A DNA stretch of 64,000 nucleotides, taken from Raillietiella orientalis. Lineage: Eukaryota. The translations under genes and the position numbers were made by a program. The stretch covers positions 1,612,001 through 1,676,000 of the forward strand of contig JAYWIR010000009.1 in NCBI GenBank assembly GCA_036172245.1, written 5' to 3'. Positions 1 through 14,279 of the stretch are shown one piece after another; position 1 is the stretch's first letter, and each line of letters starts with the position of its first letter. The notes beneath the pieces were generated by a model. It saw only the letters and a list, made by a program, of their open reading frames with translations. It had not been told where the DNA came from and made no database searches.

Positions 1-2379
1 CTTCTGCTCCAGCAAGTGTCCTTCGAGGGCAAGTCTGACCTCCCTCTTCCCTTCGGGAGGTCATCGGATTCCCTTCTTCGAGGGAAGGTCGTGTCTGGCC
101 CGCAGCAGCCTGCGGCGGCAGCCACAACTCCATTGTACTCCGACCTTCGACTCCAGCCGGGGGGAGGGAACAGGTGATTCCCATCTAGGGGAAGAATCGG
201 GCCGCGTGAAGGACAAGGGGAGGGGGACAGTCGGGAGCAACCGAGGTGGCAGAGGTCCTCCTCTTCCATCCCCTTCCAGGAAGTGAAAGCGAAAGGGTAG
301 AACAGGGAAAAGTCGATGGGGAGGAAGAGGGTCCGCCGAGCTGGCGAAAAGGCACGCGCGCCACCCCCTCGTGCTACCCCTTCCCTCGAGCAGGATTTCT
401 GTAGCCTAAAAATACATGTCGCGGCAGAGAGCTTTGGCAGCCTCCCGCGCCGCGCGCAGCGTTCGCTGCGGGAGGCCGCAGAGCGCGTCTCTCGCGGACG
501 AAGGCGCTGAGCGCTCTCTCAGAAAGAAAGCGAAAAGGGGGAAGAGGAGCAGGACCGGAACTTGGGCGTGGGCCCTGCCGCTTCCACCTCCTCGATTTCC
601 TCTAGCCTGGATGGTGTGGGCTGCGCACGAACCGCCCGCACGCGTCCTCCCGCGGACGGGCGTGGGCGGGGAGGTCGGCGAAAACGAACGGGCGCGCCTT
701 CGCTCGCTTTACAGGTCTCCCGCTCAGGAGGCGGCCAATGCGCCATCGCGCTGGCAGGGCGTAGGAGGGGAGAGCGGGTGGGGGCTGGGGAAACGGTGGT
801 GGAGCGCCACGCTTCCGGTCTCGGCCGCTGGTCAGTCCGCGCCACCACCCTCACGTGGAGGGTGCGTGCGAGCAGAGGGCAATCGCCCCGCGGGCGGCCG
901 GCGTCGGCAGCAGCGGCGATTTCCGCGTGAGTGGAGAAGGCGGCGGCGGCAGTCGAAAGGAGCGCCGTCCCCAGCGGAGCGCTGGCGCCGGCGACCATCC
1001 TATCCCGCTTCCTTCCCTCCGATCCCTCGCGCGCGCGGAAGCCACGAAAGAAAGGGGTGTACTCACGAGATGGCGCAAGTCCAGCGAAGCACGTCCGCTT
1101 CCGGGCGGCCCCAGTCGCGTGATGCGCATTTCGCCGCGGACGAGACCTCCGGGACGGGGATGCGTGCCAGACGCCGGCGTCGGCGGCTGCGCGGAGGCGC
1201 CTCCGATGCGCGTATTTTTAGAGGATTCCTCAGAGCTGGGAGAGAAGACGCGCAGTTTCCGGGAGACCGCCCCCGTTCCTCGGAAGAGGGGGAACACGAG
1301 GAGGAGGAACGGGGGATGGAAAGAGGACGGGTTGGGCGAGAGCTGAGGGTCAGGGTCACCCTCTGAAGAGGCCTATTTCCACCACTCCAGGGAGCGATTC
1401 CCAACCGTGTCTCTTAGAAACTGTCAGAGGTCTCCATGCTCGCTTTCTCACGAGGGGAAGGGCGCGATTGCGTTCCCCTGGTCCAGGAAGGAAGCCAAGG
1501 AGAAGCCAACTGCTTCCTTATTCCTCGCATCCCCCTTTCTCACAGCTGCCCGCGAGTGTTGCCATCCCTACCAGATCACCCGGAACGACGCGCTACCTTT
1601 CGCGACCAACCTGATCCAACAGGTCCAGGAAAAAAAGAAAAGCCAGTCTTAACAGCGGCGAGCGCAGTGACGACCCTTGTGCGCCCCATCAGGGAGTCAA
1701 CTGAGGGAGGAAAGGAGGAAGAGTGGAGGAGGAGCAGTGCGTTGTTAGACCCTCCTTACTGCAAAAGCATAACGGTGCCTCCCGAGCGCCACAACAGTTG
1801 ATAGCAATGGTGTCAGGGCATGTTTACCAGTCCCCCACGGCGGCAAGGCGGTGGGATGCTTTAGCCAAGACTTCCGCTGGATTCTGGCTGGCGCATCTCC
1901 CTCTTCCCTCGAGGACCGACCCTCTTCTCGGGACGAAGCGCGGGCCCTTCACCAGCCGACAGCGCCAGAGAACATATTGCGCTAAGCCAAGAGCGCGGCA
2001 CGCGGGCGAAGGCCGGAGAGCGTCCAGGGATCACTCACGAACGGCGGACGACCCGCTCGGCTGTTGAGGCGGCGGAGGTCCGCTGCCTGCGATCCGGAAA
2101 GAAGGGGGCTGGGAGTAGGGCAGACGGGATTCGTGCGTCCCCACCGCCCCGTGCGAGAAGAGGGACCGCGGCCGTCGGACGGCCTCGGAGCGCGGACGCC
2201 TCTTCGGACGAAGCCCTCGTCACGCGCTGACCTCGCACCCGCTTCTAGGGCGTGGAGCCCCTCGTCGGAGGCGAAGGACGTGGTGCCGTGCGCCGCTCCG
2301 GGTAGCAACCCTTCGGCGCACTGTGGGCAGATGGCTGTGCGTGCATCGTGAGGGATGCCGAAGGAAGACTTCGCAGATC

Positions 2380-4230
2380 AAACAGTAGAAAGTGCTTTAG
2401 TAACCATTTGCAGGGACCCTATACAATTGGCGCTCAAGTCGACTTCTAGGGGAATGTCACTCTTTCCTGCTGAACGGTCCGCACGCAGCAGCATCTCTTC
2501 ACTGAGAAACACCCGAAACTCAGCCTTCTGGAGTAGTTTTTTGGAATGCTCACAACCGATAATCCCAGATTTCCCGCACGTGTTCACGCGTCCGTGGTTT
2601 CTACGGGAGCCAAGTCTGCTAGCGGTGGAGCAGCCGTCTCCCTGACTCCGAGGAGTAGTGGAATCACCCTGACCACCTTTGGTAGGTGTTTCTCTGGATG
2701 CTTCGAAGTGTGCCCTTCTACTCTTTGCGCGCCCAACGAAACATCCACCTAAGGTCCTTCTATTCCCTTTCCTAGAGATCTGCTGCACGTCGAGGAGCAG
2801 ATTTCTTGGGAAAGGGTAAATGGATGGCTGCTCTGTCGCGTAGGTGGTTTTCTTGAAAGCTCACGGCAGGCAGAGCCTGCAGACCGATCAGCTGCGGAGC
2901 TGCAGACTACGGATCGCCGTCAGTTCATAAAGGCAGCTGGAGCGCTGATGGACTCGGAAAGGAACCGAGAATAGAAGATTCCGAGAGGGCGTTTAAAAGA
3001 AAGCACGGGGAAAGGAACCTGTGAAAGAACTGTGGCGGAGGCTGGCTTCAGAGCTCCTGCTCCAGGAGAGACACCGCAAGGACTTTGATGCGCCGGAAAC
3101 AAGAACGGAATGCCTCTGAGGAACAACATGCTGAACACACACACATACACACACAAGCATGCCACGAAGAGAAGAGACGAAGTGTTTGCTGCTGCTCCTT
3201 CATTCGGCTTCAGACCCGAATGAAGGAGCAGCAGCAAACACTTCCTCTTGATCCGTCTAAGAGGAGACAAAAAGAATCGATCACCGCTGTTGAGGAACTC
3301 GTTCTAGGGGGCTTATCGAGGGTGAACCCGGTTCACTGAAAGGTTCGTTAAGTGTGGCGTTGGGCCACCACCAAGTCGGCGATCCGCTTGCTCGTTGGTT
3401 GAGCGTTTTGAGTTTCACCTCTCATCGAACCGAAGGAAATTTCTGCGGGCTCGAGAACATCACATCTTGCTAGGAACGGCTCCTCTGGGTCACAGTATCT
3501 GTGGTCTGAACTCCGAAACACTTTCCTAAAACTTTCTACTCTCCTTGGCCCCACTCCTAGTCGCCGAAAATAAGGAAAGCTTCCGGAAAGCTCCTCACGC
3601 ACTTGCAGGATTTCCCCTCAGACCGGCCGCCTGGGAGCCAACTCGATCACTTTTTTCTCTGCCGACGGCAGCTCTTCCAACATCTCGATGAGAAGCGTCT
3701 GCTCCTCCTAGACCAGCAGCGCGCAGTCTCGGAGCTCTTTCCGCCCTGTGCCCGACAAAAGATTTTCTAACGGGCTTCCGAGGAGAATTCCTTCCTTTGG
3801 ACACTCCGCGTTCCTCGGAAGCAGCCACTCATCAGTGATAAATGATGCTCTGCATCTAGGATGAAGTTGGCAATCAAAGCACCCTTACGTCAACGCGAAA
3901 GACGTGTCTTGGGGCGGTCCTATTCTCCCAGCTGCTCGGCGCGTGTCTTCTGCGCCCGTTTATGTGATCTCGAGAAACTGATCTGAGCATAGTGCATGGA
4001 TACATCCGCAAGAATGGACCAGCGACGGGACGCGAGGAAGGTTTCCAGTTTGGTCTCATCAAAGTTCGCCCGTGGACTCACGCTGCAGAGGGGAACCTCC
4101 TATCCCAATATATGGTACCTCGAAAAGCACAGTCCGCTCTTAAGAGTAAGAAGAATTGCCGTACGCCGGTGGAGAAAGAAATCCAGCATGTCATCCAAGG
4201 CCATCCTTCTCATGCAAGGATGATAGAAAG
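2380..4230 (-). mobile_element. Highly decayed CR1/L2-like LINE ORF2 remnant
   Basis: Colinear, frameshifted echoes: MLDFFL, RANFDE...FL...WS, VVRVIPL, CG...SVVSIP-KLLQK, P.KST and ANCIGSLQMVTKAL. Confidence 0.45.
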
Positions 4231-6319
4231 TGGGAAACAAGTATGTGTGCATCTGTCCTTGAAACTAAAGCTAAAAGATACGCTGACACGGTGGTTGCGT
4301 GCCATGAAGACACACACACACACATACAAAAGGCAATGGTACAGACACAGAAATCAGCAAGAGATGTAAACGCACTCTATACAGTAACGGCAAGATGTTC
4401 CGGATGCTGAAAGAAGCTTCTTTCAGCCTGAGAGCCCTGAAAGATTCCATCGAGGGAATTGTGTTTCCATGGCACGGAAGCTCGTGTAGCGTCGTCTCAA
4501 AGGTGCGACACCACTTTGGACGTTCTTCGTTCTGGGGACGGTGGCATGGTAGGGAGGGAGAGCGTCGAAGAAACCCAAAGTGAGACTCTGGCAAGGCACT
4601 TCCGTCGGCAGGTGAATTCTCCTGGGACAAGGGACCAGCAAGTGTTCGGAGATGGTTCAGTTGAAGAAACACTGTTGATGGAAGAGAAACGAGCTGACCA
4701 CCCAAGGGAAAAGTCATGCTTCCCAAAGGGCAAGGAACAGGGGCTATCCAGCGCGGACTGCTCTCATCGCCGTTCGGTGAGTGGATCGCCACGCAGAGGC
4801 GGCAGAGAGGGGGAGATACCAGAAAGGACAGGAGTATCCTCATTCTATCCAGGAAGCCAGAGATGCCAACTGAGTGAGCACGCAAATCCCGGAGGTCTGC
4901 AACTCGGATACTCCTGCACTCAGAATTCTACGAGACCGCGGTTTGTTCTTCCGGTCCGTTCTTCCGCATAGCAGCAGCTCTTGCAAGAGGGGAAGGGGCT
5001 CCTGAGCGCTCGTGGTGGAGTCGGGAAATCTTCGCCAAGAGTGCGGAACCGAGGCTGAGCACAGCAGAGCGGCCGCTTGCAGAGATCGCCAGAACGTTTG
5101 TTTCTTAGATCTCAAGATCTTAGATCTCTCAGTTCAGTCCTCGACACACCTGGCACACTCGGGAACGTTACTGAGGAAACGGAAAAGACCGAAAGCGCCC
5201 TACTTCCGACGGCAACGTTATCACGTGCTTGCTGGACCTCCGTCGATGCAGAAAAATGGAAGGCGATGCGGTCGTGCGACAAAAATGCCGGTTTCTGATC
5301 GAAGAAGGCCAAGAACGGAAGTGCAAGTGAAGGCAGGATATTTGCGAACGGAAGTGGAAACCAGCCGTTCCTCTTGAAAGATGAAAGAGGAGGATGCAAC
5401 ATCAGGTCATGCTGCTCCGTGGAGACGAACTCCTGCAGGCGGAGCCTCACGAAACTTCTGCTTCGAAACTGGGATGACTTCCCTCGGCTCCTTGCACCTC
5501 TCTGGCCAAACGTCCGCCCAGGACTCATGTAGGCGTCCCCACCCACGAAAGTCTTTAGCAAGAGGCAAAGAATTGGGCATTGGAGTGGGGACCGGGGTGG
5601 CAGCTTTCTGGCGATGACCATAAGGACAAGCGAGCAAACAATGCAAAGCAAAGAGAGGACGAATTTCTAGGTCACTTGTACCGCAGACCGCAGAGATGAA
5701 GACTTGACCTCACGAGTGAAATGCCAGTCCCCGTTCTTCGCCTTGAATGGACCAGGAAAAACAACAGCGTATCCACAGAAGCAGAGGATCCACACAAAAG
5801 GAAAGCCCAAGGTCCTTCTTCCAAAGACGAAAAGTTCCCCACTGTTGATTGGTAGCCAGCTGAGCTGGAAATGCCAGGTGCTCTATGCGAAAGAGCACTT
5901 GAAAGCAGCAAAACACGAGAGCCTCGATGAGGTCATCAGACTGCACGTGAAGAAAGGGTGGACACTCGCTGCATGGGCTGGCGTTCACGGCCGACGACGT
6001 GCGCTGCCAAAAGCGAGGACAGAGAGAGATCGGTGAGGCTGCTCTTCGCAGCTGCCTTCCGAGAGGGGCGGTCTCTGCGCCAGCTCTGCGAGCGACCTGC
6101 GAGAAGCACGTGGCACCCTTCCCCGCGAAGGGAGGCAGACCACCGGAGGCGGCGTGGTCCGGAAGGAGTAGCGCGAGAGTGTGAAACCGCAGTGGAACGA
6201 AACTGCGCGCTGGTGAGGTACACAGAAGAAACGAAAACCGGCTCCTGCACCATCTTTGATCGGACGGCGGGAAGGACTTTCTCTCCGAGCGCCCGCCCAC
6301 TGTCATTCTCAGAAGGCTC

Positions 6320-6800
6320 GCAATCACTCGGAGAACGTTCGCCTCCTTACGGGGGCCCACGAAGCTCTTCGACGCTGCCCACGCCACGCGAGGGCGTGTG
6401 TCACTTCTCAAGTTATAGGGGGTGCCACGGGAGGGGACCACTCTTCGAATCCAGGAAGGGACTCCGGAGAAAGGAGTCTGTTCCTCTCTTGCTCCTGAGA
6501 GGGAACCTCGAAGGGAAACTCTTCCTTATTCTTTCCAAAGGGACCCCCCGAGTTGTGGGGGTCTCTCTGTTGTTTCTCCTCCGGAGGGACCCCTCAAGGG
6601 AACCGCTCCCTATGTTCCTTCTGAACAGAACCCCGAAGGGGTCAGCGCTCCTCTTAGACTCTGGAGAGACATCAACCAGCTCCACGGTACGCGACGGAGG
6701 GTCCTTTCCCATAGAGGGAAGGGGACGGCTCCATTTGCGCGACCGGAGGGGATCCTCGAAGGGCTACTTGTATTTCTGGAAGGGTCCCGGAAAGTCGGAA
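6320..6800 (-). mobile_element. SINE-like family copy (3' part)
   Basis: Contains cgttcgcctcc, caagttatagg, gaatccaggaag, the gggaacc subrepeats and aaccagctccacggtacgcga, all shared with other copies. Confidence 0.75.
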
Positions 6801-8845
6801 TCCAAAATTTCGTCGTTCTTCTTAGAAGCGCAGCGAAATCAAAATCCCTGATCCTGGTGCGGCTGTCCTGTCCGCGCGGGGCGGAGGAAGACCGGCGGGG
6901 GCGGTACGCGAGGCCCTCGGGGCCAAGGCGCCGGAATGCACAGCCGAAAGAATCACGGGAGGCTCGAAGGATTTCGGTGCAGTCGCAGCCTCCAATCACA
7001 CAGCGGACCATGTTCCTCCCTACGGGATGAAATGCAGGGTTGTTTGTTCTCGGGAGGCGCAGATGTCGGGCGGGATGTTTCCGATGATGATCCCCCGTTC
7101 CCAGCCGCGGAGTGGGGGATCTGATCGCACAAAAACTGATGGAGCGCGGAGATAGAAGCCCGACAAGCAGTCCCGGCAGTCCCAATCTCCGGGAAGCGCG
7201 GAACGGGAGCGGGTGGGGATGCCGAACCGGCTCTTCCGAGCGAGCGCATCCGGAAAAAGGGGGCGCGGGCTGGCAAAAAGATCCCGAGGAACCAGATAAG
7301 GAGGAAAGAGATAAGATCCAGCAGGGCGGAAACGAGAGTCTCGTGGGTCTTTCAGCGCGCGAGGCTCTCCCGTGCCGCGCCGGCACCTGGCGGGGACGCC
7401 GAGCGTGGAAATCTAAGCCGCCTTCTTTCACGAGCGCCGTGCGGGGAGCAGCAAAGCGAAACCTGGGATGAATGGGGGCGATGCTTGACGGGCGGAAGCT
7501 GCCTCTCCCGCGCCGGCGTCGGCGGGCTATCCGCAGAGCGATCTTGCCGGCCGACAGCGCCGCTCGGGGAAGGGGGGAGGGGAGGGGAAGCCGGGCAAGC
7601 GTCTTCGCTCGGGGAGCGGATGGGCGGCGGCGGGGCTCGGCAGGCGCTCTCTCACTCTCTCCCGTACCAGGAGAAAACGAGGGGACGACGGCCCATCCCG
7701 GGTCACAGAAGGGGCACCGAGTGGGGGAGAGGAGGAGAGGAGCTATAGGTTCGGAGTCGCCCTCGAGAAGAGCGTTTCGTCCGCGTGGGAGCGTTTTGCC
7801 GTCGGGCAGGGCGCAGGTCGGTGGACAAGCCCAGCGGCCTTGGTCGGGAGCCGTTTCTCCTCCCGCCAGAGATCAGCAGAGAAGGCCACACAAAAAAGGG
7901 AAGGGGGAATTTCATCTCTCGATGCTGAGGCGCGGACCAACTGGCGCAGGCGCTCCACGAGCGCTCAAGATGCACGAAACGAGACCACGGGGGAAACGTG
8001 TTTCCTCCCAAATGAGGTCGGGCTGAAGGTGACGACGGAGGCCAGCGGTGGGACCATAGAGCTCACGGTCCCGAATTCGTACCCGACGACGGCAGGGCTT
8101 CTCGGCTGGGAACCGGGGCATCGTCTTCGCTTCCCGCCTCACCTCTCCCCCTTTTCGTGGGGAAGGTCTGATCTCCTCCGGAGGGCGATCCCCTTACCCC
8201 GCTACAGCTCCTCAGCTCCCTTGCGTGGGTGCGGGTCCACTCCCGAGAACACCGAGAAGAGTTCACCTGTCCGGCAGGACCGACCTGTCAGCTCCTTTCG
8301 GGACCGCAAGCAGCTTGCGAGGACGCGCGCCTGTTGAGTCCCATCGCTTGTGGGCGCTCTCGCTCGAGGGTTCCTCCGAGGGTCGAGGGGACTGCATCCG
8401 CCGCCTCTCGTAACGCGAACACCCGAGGTCCCTTGGGCGGAAGCAACCAGTCTCTTGAGTCATGCTCCAAGCAAGCGCGGATCTTTCCTCGTAACCGCGG
8501 AAACCCCCTCCCAACGCGGAGTGCAAATATAGCAATAAAAATGTTTTCCTTAGCAACGTGCACTCCCGAATATCCCGGGGTTCATTTTTTCTCACTTTAT
8601 GGCGACCTTTCGCCTAAGAGCAAATTAAACAAAGGAGCAAACAAAGCGCCGAGGAGGCTGGCAGAGAGTGGAATTCGAGACAAAAAGGGGGATGGAGAAG
8701 AAGAAGAAAAGCGAACTTTCAGGATGCTGTCCGGGCCTCTAGAAGAAGCTGGAGGGGTAATCCAACGGCCCAGTACGACCCTTTAGGAGCGACCTCCCCC
8801 TTCCCTTCCTTCCCCCCCTCCTGAAGCCCAGAAGCGACGACGTAC

Positions 8846-9015
8846 CCATCTTCGTGCGCGGCGCTCTTCTGCGTGACGACCTGCAGTTCCGTACAGTTCG
8901 AAGAGATGGCGAAGTTGACCTGCTCCGCGTCCAGGGTTCTGGCGTGCTGTCTGTTGAAATACCAGATCGCATCCCCTTGTCTCAGGTAGTGGGATGCCAC
9001 GCTGTTGGGGACAAC
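8846..9015 (-). CDS. Exon 2 of the PDZ-domain protein gene (VVPNSVASHYLRQGDAIWYFNRQHARTLDAEQVNFAISSNCTELQVVTQKSAAHEDG)
   Basis: Acceptor tttttctccttccag|GTT in phase 0, compatible with exon 1. Encodes the PDZ second half (NSVA..LRQGD.I..FN...L..EQV..AI...L.V). Probable donor GG|GTACGT, though this 3' boundary is less certain. Confidence 0.82.
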
Positions 9016-12000
9016 CTGGAAGGAGAAAAAAGATGGCTGCCTTTACAGTGTGCGATCGACCAGGGGGTGCGGGGAGGACGCGCCGTGAGTCAAACGGCCA
9101 GGCAGTTGACTTGACGATCGAGCATTCAGGGAGAGGACCAAACGTCCAGCGGTCAGCGGAGCACGATCCGAACTCCACGAGCAATCGGCTACCCGTGGAT
9201 TACCACGGATGGCGTAGGCAGGTCCGGGAACAGGGATTTTTTGAAGGAAAGGTCACGGCGACAGCGGAGGCGAAAGCTTCCAGCTGCTGAAGCCTGAGGG
9301 AGGGCGAAGGCGGACCTGGAAGAGCGTCTTCGAGAAAGGTGGAAGGATCGCCTCCTTGGAGCCTTCTTCGTCCCGTACGCAGCGTGCGGGTTGTCATGGC
9401 GCGCGGCGACCCATGAAGCAGCGCCCCGGCCGGAAACATCCGGCAGCCGACGCTGCCTCGCACGGGGCGAAGGGACTCGGGATTTCGGTGCGCTCGTCCT
9501 TCATCCTTCCCGTCCCTTTCGCCTCGGTCCCTTCCTTTCGGAACCGCGACCGTCTCTTTGGAAACCCCGCCTCTGTCATCACCTAGCCCCCTCCCAACGG
9601 CTGCTCGTCCCGATCAAACAACACGCTGACCTTCGCTCGAAAGATCCTCCCTATTTCAGCCCGGATTCGAGACCGGCGGCGGCAGCACGGGGGTGACTCG
9701 CCGCGTCCTCTTTGGTGAGGTGCGGTCCGATGGCTCCCGGACATAACTCGCCCACCGCGCTGCCATTCATCTGGGGAGAGGAGAATGTGGTCCACATGGA
9801 CCCTTCCACAGTCCCCAAAAGATTATCGCCGCGCTGTAGCAAAGGGAGGCATCGAGAGGAGGGAGGAAAGGGAAAAACAGGGGGCGTCTCGAAGGCGCGG
9901 TGCCTCGTCTGGACGCCGTTCCTCTGGGAGCCTGCGAGGGGCGACTTTCCTGCGCCTCTTCAGCCGGAGGAAGAGCTCTCGAGGTTTTCCCGCCGTCCCA
10001 GACGCTCGCTCGCTCCCCGATTTCGCCCGGTGCTCTCCGCCCCCTGGTGCTTGCGGCTCACGAGCATGAAGAAATCCAGGAAAGTCCTTCGGGACGGAGA
10101 GAGCTTCTGGCTAGCTCATCACGGGGAGGTTCCGGCTCACCATCGGCTACCACCACGGGGCTCATTGCTCCGGGAGTTTTGAGCTGTTTGGCGCGTGAGC
10201 GCACGGAAGAGCCCACCTGCGAGACCGCCACGAGCTAATGAAGGGGGCCCTGCGACTGCGCACCATGCTTGCGAGGGACGAGCGAGGGCGCGCGGCGTAC
10301 GCGAAGCATCGCCCTCACGTCCTCGCCCTTTCGGGGAGAGTTAGCGGGAGCTCGGGCGTTCAGCAGGAACGTCCCGGTTCCAGACGATCCTCTGGTGTTC
10401 GTCAGCTGGAAGGGGGGGGGAGGGGGGAACTTGGTTGGTTTCCTGTGTGCGTGCCCGGAAGCACGCTGAGTGCCTGCTGGCCCCAGCGGGTTTAGATGCG
10501 GACGCTGGACTTGTCTTACGTCTGGCCAGCGGTCGAGTCCAGCTCTAGGGCACGGGTGGGTTAGCGTGAAGTTTCACAACCCCACCAGCAGGGGGGCAGT
10601 CCTCGAGGTTTCCCGCCACCTCGAACGCCCCGCGCTCCCCGCTTGCAGCGCGTGACTCGCCAAAGAAAAGTTTCGGTGGCGCCAGTGATCTGTCTCGCGA
10701 GCAGCAAGGACCCCAACGCCAGATCGAGGGCTGTGGGGGAACGGACCGGTAAGTGGTGGGAGCCTCCGCCATCCTCCCTCTCCCCCTTCCTTGCTCCTTC
10801 TGGTTTCCCCCGCATTTTCGGCAGCCGTCTTTGCGTTCCCAGAGAGATGCCCTCTCCCTCAAACGTAAAGGAGGGTTCCCAGACCCGGTTCCCGAACCCG
10901 AGAACCTCTCTGGGATGTGGACGCCTCCAGACCGGCTTCCAGACTCGGAAAGGAATCCCCTACGAACGGGAAGGAGGACATTCCGGAAGAAGAACGTCGG
11001 CGCGCAGGCGGCCACTTTTACCCTTGCTCGTGCGCCCGCGCGAGGGCGCGTCGAAGAGGCCGAGAAGACTTCCCGCCAGGAGGACGGGAGAGCGGCGGCA
11101 GGGACTTTCCGGAAAACGGCCGAGGGGCACGAAGGGAAAGCGAATTTCGGCAGCGGGACGATTTCCGCCGCGCAGCCAGATCTCCCGAGACGGGCAGCGG
11201 CGCCTCCTCCGGCAACCACGGTCGCCCAGCAGCGGACCAGGAGCTCATTCGCAGCTCCCGCGCCAGGAGGTCTCGAAAATCCTCGACGCTGGATGCTGCT
11301 TGCGGGGCCGAGCGCCTCCGCACGGCGCGACGGCCTCCGGCTCGCCTGGAACCGGTGTACCAGAGCAGGCTCCGTGCTTCGTTTCCCTTTGCCCTCGGCC
11401 TCCCCCATCCTTGGCCGCTGCGGGCCGCGACAGAACGCAGAAGGTTCGCGAAAAGGGAGAGGATTCCCACAGAGTCCACTCTTGACGCGCGCAAAGGCGC
11501 TCAGGGAAAGAAAATCACCACCGTAAAAACATTAAACAATAAGAATAAAGCTAAAAAAGAATGCTCAACGCGCGTGGGAGTCATGATTGGCATAGGGCTC
11601 GACTTTTTTCCTTCTTGGTGGTTTCTTTCCAGGATGATGACACCCGTCAGTAGCGAAAGAAGTCCGGTGTTTTTTTTTTTCCTTCGTTAGGAGGACGAAG
11701 CGTTTTTTTTTTTTTTTTTTTTTTCTCTTTTTCCCTTGGTGTTTCGTTTGTTTTTGAGCGCGCAGCCCGTTCGCATTGTGGCGTCGTGAATCACATGTCA
11801 CAGAATTCTGTTGATGTGGAGAGAGAACATCACGGGATGGTCATGGAATGTAATGAGAATGTGCCAGCCGCCAGTTCCGCCTGGAACGGAGTAAACAAGG
11901 AGCAAAAAGCGCCTACTGTGGTGACTCGCAAAGGAACTGCCGACTTTGCCCGGTTGATGCAACCCAAGGGAGAAGCGGAACACGCGTTGCCGGGGCTGAA

Positions 12001-14279
12001 GGTCTCTCGGGCAGGCAGTGGGTGACCCGCATTCGGAAAGGCTGCCCTGCGGAGAGGAGGCGCGCGCCGCACCACCGCCATCTGTGCGCGGTTTCCCGAA
12101 GCGAGTCCCAAGTGCGCGAGCGGGTAACTCGGGGAGCCGCTGTTGCTAGGGGAACGCCGAGCGCTGGGGGAAGAAAGCCTTTCCATCACGGTGGCGTAAC
12201 CGAACGTAGCAAAAGCAATGTGCGTTTCTGTCAGGTTGCCGGAGTAATGGCGGACACAAACGTGCGCAGAATGCCCGCTTGGTCCCGATCGCTTCGTTCT
12301 TCGATCCGAAAAATTCCATCCGTGGCAACGGAAACGCTCGATCCAATTCATCTCCACCTGCAAAACTCCGAAGAGTGGACGATGGGTGCGATGAAAAAAA
12401 CGAAAGGAGGGGGACGAAAAGTTTCGGCGGCGGATTTCGGCTTTCGTCTTTGCCAATTCCAGTCCTCGGCTAGGGGCTTCCTTACGTCTTCTCAGGTTCG
12501 AACGCAAAGTCCTGTTAACACGCCACTTTACGCGAGAGGTCATCCGGGCCACGATCGCCTTCTCAGCAAGCTGCCAAATCTTCTCAGCCCTACAAAGTAG
12601 TTTAGTCCCCGCAAATAGGGCAAGGAATGTGAACGGCTGCTGCGTTTCGTACGCGTTTAACGCTTTCTGCTTACAAGATGAGACCACCCCCCGGTGTGGC
12701 GTACATCCAGCCCGAAACCGTCCGATCATTACGAAACTTTCGCTGGATTCCTCAGCGCCTCGCGTTCTCTCTCAACTCCTCGTGTTTGCCTTTTCTCCGA
12801 AAGTGGATTCTTCTCTTCCGCGGGGCATCTGGAGCCTCCTCCTATCGCGTGCTCGACTGATTTCGGATGATGCCTTCGCGCGGCAAGAGGACCGATTTCC
12901 TTCTCCCGGGGGACTCCGGCCACACCGTCCGCTTGTCTCCGTGCTGCTGCAGCAGCGCCCGTGTCATTCCTTGCAGAGGGAGCACATGGACTTCTGGCTC
13001 ATTCGCATCTTGATGTTCCCTGAACTGCAAGCCAATGAGGGAGCCCCGTGTGGTTTGCTAAGAGATCGGCAGCGATACTTTGTCGCCACTCTCTCTTGTC
13101 CGACGGAGATGCGCGAGGATGCTTTTGTGAAGCGCGGCGGACAGCGCCGATCCCCCTCGACCGGGAATTTCCCCGTGTGTTCCCCCCTCCGTTTCCATGT
13201 TGCCGCTCCATGGCCCCGCGAAGAAGGAGCTGCTTCTTTCGTTCGGAAACGTCTCGTCGTGACGGTCTTCCCGCGTTCTTGTTTACAGCCGCAAGTGGGG
13301 GTCCCGTCAGTCACGCAGTCACAGCACGAACCAGGACCGAAGACAACCGGATTTTCGCCTCGGGTTCTGTCTGACGCACTCGTGTTCTCGACTGCCCCGC
13401 CGACAAAGCAGAGCCAGTTGGTCAGCTACCAGATCATCTGCTTCCACCTCGAAAGCTGCCGCGGTTGCTGGGGTCAAAGGAAGGGCGGAGCGGAACCGAG
13501 AACAAGAGTCGCCGCCCCTACGCTTATGGCGGCCCCATCGCGCCGCGAAGCAGATGGCAAAGCGCGCAAAGCGGCCCGAGGACCGCGGCTGCCCTGTCCG
13601 CGCGGGCTCTCCAAGAGCGGGCATCTCGGACGTTCCGGCGGAACCGCCCTCCCTCCCAGCTTGGGGTCGCGCTCTGCGCCAGGTACTTCTTCGAGGCGTC
13701 GAGGAAGGAACCGTAGGGAACCCAAAGAGTGAGCGCTGCTTTGACAGTTTTGCTGCAGCCTTGCAGCGAGGGCGGAGCTCCCGCGTGATTACCAGGGAGG
13801 TTGGGGCGGAAGGGCGCTTTCCTCGAAACGTTGACATGAATTCGGCCACCCCTTTCTGACGCACGAGCCACCTCGCGGGCGGCCGGACCGAGCCAGCGCG
13901 ATCCCTGGAAATCCCCGGAAGGACACCGGCGCTGTTCCTTGCCTGAGGAAAAGAAAGGAGCTGAGGGTCGATGGGGGGGGGGGGGTTGCGACTCGCACGC
14001 CGCTGCGTTTCCGCACCTCCGTAAAGCAGGATGTCAGCCTCAGGATGTAGCCGCTGCTCGCGTGCGAGTCGCGACGCGGGGGATGTGATCCCGGATTGCA
14101 GCAGCAGCTTTCCCCCTCGGAAGATCCCCGATCGCAAGTGCGTGCGTCCGCGACGAGCAAGGCATCCCTCAGCGCGGCAGCAGGGAACGCCTCCTGGACG
14201 GCTGACCTCTGCAGCTCAGCCCCTGACCGGCGGAAGGATGGCCCAGAAGGAAACACGGGTTTCTCTGCTGCTCCTCGCG

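Noticed and set aside
9900..10260. FWLAHHGEVPAHHRL resembling an L1 ORF2 C-terminal motif
   Set aside because: It is a single short motif and the expected CxxC/HxxxC is not clearly present.
12142..12155. RFX X-box-like motif gttgctaggggaac (similar sites near 8543 and 39852)
   Set aside because: Degenerate 14-mers like this are expected by chance and none is near a supported transcription start.
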